Shown: positions 58,005-64,000 of the stretch, piece after piece
Position numbering within the stretch: position 1 is the stretch's first letter
Layout: every line of letters begins with the position of its first letter
Source of the DNA: Candidatus Aminicenantes bacterium
Lineage (GTDB): Bacteria; Acidobacteriota; Aminicenantia; Aminicenantales; JAFGBC01
Length of the DNA stretch: 64,000 nucleotides
Reading direction: 5' to 3'
Assembly (NCBI GenBank): GCA_963702005.1
Contig: OY969696.1
Span: forward strand, 800,001 to 864,000
Notes under the pieces: model-generated
What the model saw: only the letters and a program-made list of their open reading frames with translations
What the model was told of the DNA's origin: nothing
Databases searched by the model: none
Position numbers and translations under genes: made by a program

Positions 58005-58982
58005 TCAGGGCATCTTCTTGAACAGAGCCTTCCAGAGATACTCGGTCGGGATCCCCAGAACCTGCCTCCGCCACAGCCGGTCGCAGCTCGCGCAGGGCTC
58101 GAGTCCGGCGTAATCCTTCCGCAACAGCCGTTCCCTGAGCCCGACCAAGGCCGGGCCGTTCCAGATCTCGGCCAACGATTGATCCCTGACGTTGTCCAGC
58201 TTGAGGAGGCCGGTGAAGTCTTGGGTGCAGGGGAGGACGTCCCCGCTCCAGAAGATGATCAGGGCCGACCAGAGGAAAGAGCAGGGAGAGTACCCGTGAT
58301 CGCGCCGGAGAGTCCCCAGGTCGCCCGCCCAGTTGTGGTACTCCTTGATGTCCAGGCCGTCGAGGGGGAGGCCCTTGAACTGGGCCAGAAATTTATTCCT
58401 GGCGTCTTTGTCCCTGCTCCTATAGCGTTCGGGCATGTCGATGAGCTCGAGGAACGTCGCCGGCTTGCGGGCGCCGAGCTCCTTCTTGAGCTCGAGGAAG
58501 CGGAGGATGTTGCCGACGGTCCGCTCGAAATCGGACTTGACCCGGATCGCCTGGTAAGTTTCGGCGTCGTAGCCGTCGAACGAGAAGGAGAACTGGTCGA
58601 GGCCGGAGGCGAGGAGTGCCCGGGCCTTGTCCTCGTCGAGGAGGGTCCCGTTCGTATGGAACTTGGTCACGATCCCCTTGTCGTGGGCGTAGCGGACCAT
58701 GTCGAAGAAGCGGGGATGGAGGAGGCTCTCGCCCCGGTGGAGGAGATGGACTTCATAGACGAAGCCGGCCGCTTCGTCGGCGATCTTCTTGAACAGGTCG
58801 AAATCCATGTATCCCTTCTGCTCTTGGGGGAGGTTCTTGTTGGGACACATGACGCAGGCCAGGTTGCACCAGCTGGTGGCCTCGATCCAGAGCCGGATCG
58901 GGAGGTAGGCGAGACGCGTCCGCTTCCGCTTATAGCTCCTGAAGATTCGGGCCAGCCGCTTGTAGTACTCGAGTTTCGTCAT
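58005..58982 (-). CDS. Radical SAM protein with SPASM/twitch domain
   Basis: CNLACVMC, GESLLHP, TNG.LL, C.FLW...I.W.G.V.PC, SL.EIWN, CASC. Confidence 0.9.
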   Translation of the reverse strand: MTKLEYYKRLARIFRSYKRKRTRLAYLPIRLWIEATSWCNLACVMCPNKNLPQEQKGYMDFDLFKKIADEAAGFVYEVHLLHRGESLLHPRFFDMVRYAHDKGIVTKFHTNGTLLDEDKARALLASGLDQFSFSFDGYDAETYQAIRVKSDFERTVGNILRFLELKKELGARKPATFLELIDMPERYRSRDKDARNKFLAQFKGLPLDGLDIKEYHNWAGDLGTLRRDHGYSPCSFLWSALIIFWSGDVLPCTQDFTGLLKLDNVRDQSLAEIWNGPALVGLRERLLRKDYAGLEPCASCDRLWRRQVLGIPTEYLWKALFKKMP

Positions 58983-59031
58983 GAGCGGCCTCTATCTTAG
59001 CATGTTCCTCGCGCTTCGGGAATGCTCGATC

Positions 59032-59308
59032 GCGCAGGAACGGCGGAGACCCGACCGGCCTTGTTCCCCTTCGGGTTTTTAACGCCGTTTCCTCGCCGCT
59101 CTTCTCGGCTCCTGCGGAGCTCGCACGTTCGATCTTAGCCTTCGAGCATGATCCAGTAGTTAATATGCCAACCTTCATAGCTTTGGGGAATAGCTCGAGA
59201 GTCCTCGTCGCCCGCAAAGCCGGGTTCCCTCGAAGCGCGGCTCGGAAAGGCTAAACCCTCAATGGTCGCTGCGGCCGGTCGGGTCTCCGCCGAGTGCGCA
59301 GTCCCTTG
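59032..59308 (-). ncRNA. Candidate structured ncRNA (about 270 nt), family unassigned
   Basis: Perfect 20-bp closing stem 59041-59060/59273-59292, extended by GCGCA/TGCGC; inner stem TTAGCCTT(TC)CGAGC/GCTCGAAGGCTAA; TATAAT at 59315-59320 on the minus strand just upstream. Confidence 0.45.
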
Positions 59309-59373
59309 AGCGGAATTATAGTTGCGCAATAAACAAGCCTAAAAGGGGAGCAAAGCCGGCCCGTTCTCCGGCA

Positions 59374-60171
59374 CTATCCTTTAAGCAATCCTAATAAGCG
59401 GACCCAGCGTTCGATGGAAACCTCCTCGGGCCGGGCGGTTTTCGGGAGGTCGAGCGCGGCCAGAGCCCGTCCGGCCGCTTCGGCCGGGATGCCGTAGCGG
59501 AGGAGGCCGTTATACAGGGTCTTGCGGCGCTGCTCGAACACGGTCCGCAGGAAGTTCCGGAAGCCCGGCTCGTCCTCCAGGGCATAGAGGGGGGCCGGCC
59601 GCGGACGCAACGAGATGAGGGCCGAGTCGACCTTGGGCGGCGGCGCGAACGAGCCCGGCGCCACTTTGAAAAGGAGCCGGACTTCGAAATGGAGCTGAAA
59701 CAGGATGGACAGGGGCGCGAAGGCTTTCCGGCCCGGCCCGGCCGCCAGCCGCTCGGCGACTTCCTTTTGGATGAGGAAAACGCCCTGGGCGAAGCGAGTT
59801 CGCAGGTCGAGGACCTTGAACAAGAGGGGCGTCGAGATCGAATAGGGGAGGTTCCCCGCGATCTTGACGGTCCAGTGAGAGGGCGCGCTTTCGAGGAGCG
59901 GCGCCCAATCGAGCTCGAGGGCGTCCCCCTCGACGAGGGTCAGTCCGGGAAGGCCCAGCTCCGCCAGACGGCGGACGAGGGCGGGGTCCTTTTCGACGGC
60001 GACGACGCGTCCCGCTTTCCCGCACAGTCGCGCCGTCAAGGCCCCCGGCCCCGGCCCGATCTCCAGGATGAAGTCCTCCGGGCCGGGCGCGATCGCGGCC
60101 GTGATCCGGTCCAGGATGCGGGGATTCTTGAGGAAGTGCTGGCCGAGGACTTGCCGTTTCGTTCGTTTCAT
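59374..60171 (-). CDS. rsmA: 16S rRNA adenine dimethyltransferase
   Basis: LGQHFL, EIGPGPG.LT, GNLPYSIS, QKEVAER, F.PPPKVDS, QRRKTL. Confidence 0.96.
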   Translation of the reverse strand: MKRTKRQVLGQHFLKNPRILDRITAAIAPGPEDFILEIGPGPGALTARLCGKAGRVVAVEKDPALVRRLAELGLPGLTLVEGDALELDWAPLLESAPSHWTVKIAGNLPYSISTPLLFKVLDLRTRFAQGVFLIQKEVAERLAAGPGRKAFAPLSILFQLHFEVRLLFKVAPGSFAPPPKVDSALISLRPRPAPLYALEDEPGFRNFLRTVFEQRRKTLYNGLLRYGIPAEAAGRALAALDLPKTARPEEVSIERWVRLLGLLKG

Positions 60172-60190
60172 GGGGGCCCGAAGCCGGCGC

Positions 60191-60937
60191 TCAGACCCTT
60201 TTCACGTTCGCCGGCGTGTATCTCCGCTTGAACTTGACGGCCATGAGCAGGGTCTCGATGAGCGTCAGCGCGCTGAGCTTGGTCTTGCCCCGGGTGCGGT
60301 CGATGAATTCGATCGGGACTTCCCCGATCCGGAACCCGAGGAGCTGGGCCTTGCGCAGGGTTTCCAGGACGACCGAGGGGCCGACCGAGATGAGGTCGTC
60401 GAGGTCGAGCGCCTCGAGGACCTCGCGCCGGAAACAGCGGAAGCCGGAGGAAACGTCCTTGACGCGGATCCGGAACAGGCGCCGGATGAAGAGACTGACG
60501 AGAATGGTGACGATGCGGCGGATGAGGCCGCGGTCGGCGTCCCGGCCGCCCTTGACCAGCCGCGAGCCGAGGACGAGGTCGTAGTCCCGGGCGGCCGCGA
60601 CCAGGGCCGGGATGAATCGGGGCTGGTGGGAGAAATCGCCGTCCATCTCGACGACGAGGTCGGGAGCTGGGACAAGGCTGGCCTTGAAGCCGTCGATCCC
60701 CCCGCTCCCCCGCCCGCGGCGTTTGGTCCGGAGAAGGAGGTGGACGCGACGGTCGGCCGCGGCCATGTCTCGGACGACGGCGGCCGTCCCGTCCGGCGAG
60801 TCGTCGTCGGCGACCAGGACTTCGAGGTCGGCGTCCAGGGGCAGGGCCAGGATCGCGGCGACCAGGTCGCGGATGTTCTCCGCCTCGTTGTAGGTCGGGA
60901 TCATGGCCACGACCTTGGGACGCAGGCTTCCGCTCAT
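60191..60937 (-). CDS. GT2 polyprenol-phosphate glycosyltransferase (DPM1-like)
   Basis: IPTYNE..N, DDDSPDGT, MDGDFSH.P, GSR, D.SSGFR, EVPI.F.DR..G.TK. Confidence 0.9.
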   Translation of the reverse strand: MSGSLRPKVVAMIPTYNEAENIRDLVAAILALPLDADLEVLVADDDSPDGTAAVVRDMAAADRRVHLLLRTKRRGRGSGGIDGFKASLVPAPDLVVEMDGDFSHQPRFIPALVAAARDYDLVLGSRLVKGGRDADRGLIRRIVTILVSLFIRRLFRIRVKDVSSGFRCFRREVLEALDLDDLISVGPSVVLETLRKAQLLGFRIGEVPIEFIDRTRGKTKLSALTLIETLLMAVKFKRRYTPANVKRV

Positions 60938-60944
60938 GGTCCCG

Positions 60945-62039
60945 TCAGATGAGCTTCCGGACTTCTTCATAGACACGCTCGGGGGAGAGGCCTTTCATGC
61001 AGACGGTGTCCGGGCAGGTCTGTCTGTAACAGGGCGCGCAGTCGGCGCCGGCGAAGAGCTTGACGCCCCGCCCGTAGAGGTCGATCTCCTGGGGGCAGGT
61101 CGGACCGAACAGGGCGACGATCTTTTTCTTGAGGCCGATCGCGATATGCATGCCCAGCGTGTCCGAGGTTACGACGGCGTCCATACGGGCGATAAATCCG
61201 GCGAATTCGAGAAGCGTGTTGTCGCAGCCCGTGTTGTGGACGCGCGGGCCCGCGCCGCGCGCCAGGGTTTCGTTCATCTTTTTCTCGCGGGGCCCGCCCA
61301 GGAGGAAGACGTCGGCGCCGAGCTTGCCGGTCAGCATCCCGATGAGCTTCCTGTAGTAAGCCACCGGCCACTGTTTGGTCTCGAACTTCGTCCCGGCCCC
61401 GGTGTTGAGGCCGACGGCGGGCTTCTTTCCCGCGATCCGCTTGGTCTTGAAGAACGCCTCCGCCTTGGCGCGAGCCTCGTCCCGGAGCTCGAAGACATAT
61501 TCGTTGCGGCGGTAGTCGACTTCGGCCGCTTCGGCGGCGATCTCCTGGTAGGTCTTCTCGTTCCGGCGGAACTTGAGGTCGTCGTCGACGCCCAGCCGGT
61601 AGGCGTAGGAAGCCGCTTCGTTGAAGGTTATGAGCGCCCCGTCCTTGTTCAGGCCGAACCCGTACTTGCGGCCGCTCCGGACCCGGGTCGCCAGGGCCGT
61701 CAGGGCCGGCTCCTTATCGAGGCAGTAGAGGGCGTCGAATTCCTCGACCTGGAGGGAAAGGATGCTCTCGAGGTTGAAGGGCAGAATCCGGTGGAGGTAG
61801 GGATTGTTGTCCAGCAGCTCGACGCTCTCCGGATCGACGACCCAGCTGATGATGCCTCCGGAATGCTTGAGGCGGAGACCGGGCAGGAGCGGCGTCGTCC
61901 TCAGGACGTCGCCCTGGGCCCGGCACTTGATGACGAGGACTTTGGGGCCGATCGCCTTGAAATCGGGGCAGTCCTCGCAGACCCGCTTGAAGCGGCAGGG
62001 CTTGTCGCCCCGGAAGTGCACGCAGTCGTTTCGGATCAT
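60945..62039 (-). CDS. GT9 (heptosyltransferase-like) glycosyltransferase
   Basis: GDVLRTTP, KQWP, GGP.E, SDT..MHIA, LFGPT, CAPC...C...CM; N-terminal C.HF.G.KPC.....C..C. Confidence 0.88.
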   Translation of the reverse strand: MIRNDCVHFRGDKPCRFKRVCEDCPDFKAIGPKVLVIKCRAQGDVLRTTPLLPGLRLKHSGGIISWVVDPESVELLDNNPYLHRILPFNLESILSLQVEEFDALYCLDKEPALTALATRVRSGRKYGFGLNKDGALITFNEAASYAYRLGVDDDLKFRRNEKTYQEIAAEAAEVDYRRNEYVFELRDEARAKAEAFFKTKRIAGKKPAVGLNTGAGTKFETKQWPVAYYRKLIGMLTGKLGADVFLLGGPREKKMNETLARGAGPRVHNTGCDNTLLEFAGFIARMDAVVTSDTLGMHIAIGLKKKIVALFGPTCPQEIDLYGRGVKLFAGADCAPCYRQTCPDTVCMKGLSPERVYEEVRKLI

Positions 62040-62125
62040 CAGGGAAGCCTTCCGTCCGGAATTAATAGTTATTTATGCCACAACTCGGCGGGAAAGACAA
62101 GGGATGGGCGGCCCAGCCGTAGCGG

Positions 62126-63520
62126 CTACTTGATAAACATGGCCCGGGCCTGGTCGAGGAGGAGGGTCAGGTCGCGGAAGCCGCGGATGCCCAGCACTTT
62201 TTTGATGAGGTAGGAGGGCCGGAGGTAAAAATCGCGCACGGCCTTCTGGCGGAGAGTCCAGATCTCCTCCTTGGTCATGGTCTCGGAGCTGAAAACGGGG
62301 AAGTCCGTGCTGTCGAAGCTCATCATGTCCCGCGCCAGCCAGCCCTTGGCGATGGCTTCCTCCCGCATCTTCGAGCCGATGTCGGGAGTCGGGACCGTGA
62401 AGGAGGCGAAGTCGCAATCGATCGCCTTGGCCAGCTTGATCGTCTCCAGGGTCGACTCGCGCGTCTCGCCGGGCAGCCCGATGATGAAGTAGGCCAGCGT
62501 TTTAATCTTGTGCCGGCGGCAGGTCCGGAAGGCCTCCAGGACCTTGGCCCGGGTCGTCCCCTTGCTGTAGCTGGCCAGAATCTCGTCCTGGGCGCTCTCG
62601 ACGCCCATCATGACCGTGTGGCAGCCGGCTTCGCGCATGGCGGACATCATCTCATCCGAGACGGTCGCGACGTGGGCGTTGGCGATCCAGCCGAAGCCCA
62701 TCCCTTCGGCCTCCATCTTCCCGCACAGTTCGGCGACCCGCTTTCGGGAGACGGTGAAGGTCGGGTCGTTGAACATGATCTCGCGGATGCCCAGCCCGCG
62801 CAGGACGCGGAGCTCCTTGACGACGTTGTCGATGTTCCGCCAGCGATAGGGCATCGAGCCTGCGACGCAGAACCGGCAGGAATAGGGGCAGCCGATCGAG
62901 GTGACGACGAGGGCGAAGGGCCGGCGCCGGGCCAGCGGGCTCCGGTTGAGACCGTGCTTGAAAAGCTCCTGGCGCGGAATCGGGATCGCGAAATCCTGCT
63001 GCTTGGGCCAGCCGGGCATCGGGTCGGGGACGGGCCGCCCCGGCAGGACGAGCGTTTTGAACGGGCCGGGCGCGCCGTCGATGAAGGCGGCGATCTCCGG
63101 ACTGACCAGGTCGAGGATGAGGGCGTCCAGGAACGGGGCCGAGCGCAGGAAATAATCGGCCTCGAACAGGAAGACCGATCCCGATCCGATAAGGAGGCAG
63201 GGGCGTTTGGCCTTGAGCCCTTCGAGAAAGCGGCGGTCGCCGGCCCAGGTCGCGGTCCCGGTCGTGAAGACGACGGCGTCGGGCTCGAAGTCAAGGATGC
63301 GCCGCTCGGCTTCCTCGGCGGTGAGCTTCTCGGCGATGGCGTCGAGGACGGCCAGGTCGAATCCGCCCAGCATCCCGCTCAACAGGACGAGGTCCGAGGG
63401 CGGCCAGTAATAGTTGGCCTTTGAGGAATAGCTCGTGTAGTAGTCGTGGAGGTAGACCTTATCCCCGGGGCAGTGGAGGAGGAGGACCTTCTTGCGGCTC
63501 CGCGCGCCGGCTTCGGCCAT
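62126..63520 (-). CDS. B12-binding-type radical SAM protein
   Basis: GCPYSCRFC, DPTFT, GVES, FIIGLPGET, FYLRP; start at ATG 63520 or 63532. Confidence 0.88.
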   Translation of the reverse strand: MAEAGARSRKKVLLLHCPGDKVYLHDYYTSYSSKANYYWPPSDLVLLSGMLGGFDLAVLDAIAEKLTAEEAERRILDFEPDAVVFTTGTATWAGDRRFLEGLKAKRPCLLIGSGSVFLFEADYFLRSAPFLDALILDLVSPEIAAFIDGAPGPFKTLVLPGRPVPDPMPGWPKQQDFAIPIPRQELFKHGLNRSPLARRRPFALVVTSIGCPYSCRFCVAGSMPYRWRNIDNVVKELRVLRGLGIREIMFNDPTFTVSRKRVAELCGKMEAEGMGFGWIANAHVATVSDEMMSAMREAGCHTVMMGVESAQDEILASYSKGTTRAKVLEAFRTCRRHKIKTLAYFIIGLPGETRESTLETIKLAKAIDCDFASFTVPTPDIGSKMREEAIAKGWLARDMMSFDSTDFPVFSSETMTKEEIWTLRQKAVRDFYLRPSYLIKKVLGIRGFRDLTLLLDQARAMFIK

Positions 63521-63525
63521 GGCCT

Positions 63526-64000
63526 TCACCATCTCGACAGGATGAGCTTGGACAGCCAGTTTCCAAGGAAGAACCGCCGTTTGGGCTGGATGGCTTGTTC
63601 GGGACAGATCTCGTTGCAGCAAAAACAGCGGATGCAGGCGGCGCGGTCGATGACGATCTTGTCGTCGGCCAGGGTCATGGCCTTGACCGGGCAGGAGGCG
63701 ACGCATGTTTTGCAGCGGGTGCACATGGCGCGGGCGACGTGAGGCTCGCTCTTGGTTAAGGCCAGGATGAGCTTGTAGAGCGAGGGGTTGACGACGGCCG
63801 TGGCCGGGAGCTTGAAATTTCGAATCACGCTTCGACGGAGGTCTTCGCCGAGGACCTCGATGTCCTCCAGACGGCCCTGGCCCAGGCCGGCCTTGGCGCA
63901 GAGCTTCGTCGTCAGGACTTTCTCGGCCGGGACGCCGATGAGCTCGGAGGCGACCGCGTCGGCGGCCACGCCGTCCGCGCCGGCGATGATGAAGCCGGTT
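63526..64000 (-). CDS. DUF362-like protein with C-terminal 2x[4Fe-4S] ferredoxin (3' part; runs off window end)
   Basis: D.VA.DAVA..L.G, GLG...L..IE..G, CTRCKTCVASCP and CIRCFCCNEICP. Confidence 0.8.
   Translation of the reverse strand, partial: TGFIIAGADGVAADAVASELIGVPAEKVLTTKLCAKAGLGQGRLEDIEVLGEDLRRSVIRNFKLPATAVVNPSLYKLILALTKSEPHVARAMCTRCKTCVASCPVKAMTLADDKIVIDRAACIRCFCCNEICPEQAIQPKRRFFLGNWLSKLILSRW

Noticed and set aside
59032-59308. Cobalamin riboswitch, group II intron domain V, tmRNA, RNase P or SRP identity for the structured element
   Set aside because: GGGAA is present but the B12 box and other core motifs are not; the TGCG..CGCAC stretch lacks the pairing AGC-triad stem; no tRNA-like ends, GAGGAAAGUCC or SRP helix-8 motif.

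Overview
GC-rich bacterial chromosomal window from a diderm. Gene content and protein style suggest Acidobacteriota, possibly Ca. Aminicenantes (inference only). 1-38 kb is mostly housekeeping: ftsY-ribD-ribE-ribBA; recJ, a long lptC/lptA fusion, lptB-rpoN-hpf-ptsN-hprK-rapZ-EIIA(Man)-ptsH-ptsI; tolQRAB-pal-cpoB-ssb; an MrfA/DUF1998 helicase; two ECF sigma/anti-sigma pairs; uvrA-holB-ricT; ftsK. It also carries an SBBP surface protein and an AT-rich B12-radical SAM gene. 38-64 kb is a cell-surface locus: three paralogous secreted beta-propeller + FN3-like-stalk proteins, a GT-C glycosyltransferase, an AMIN-AMIN-beta-barrel protein, two SGNH proteins, a GtrA-methyltransferase fusion, a membrane spermidine-synthase-like protein, radical SAM enzymes, GT2, GT9 and rsmA. 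The best candidates for something undescribed are (i) a C-terminal FN3-like domain with a hydrophobic loop shared by four exported proteins around an AMIN-barrel gene, possibly a lineage-specific surface-sorting system, and (ii) a ~270-nt closed structured element with its own -10 box at 59.0-59.3 kb, a candidate ncRNA. Three further structured intergenic elements are present. At least four genes carry single-base frameshifts, mostly in homopolymers, which are probably assembly errors. No CRISPR array, tRNA, rRNA or transposase was seen.
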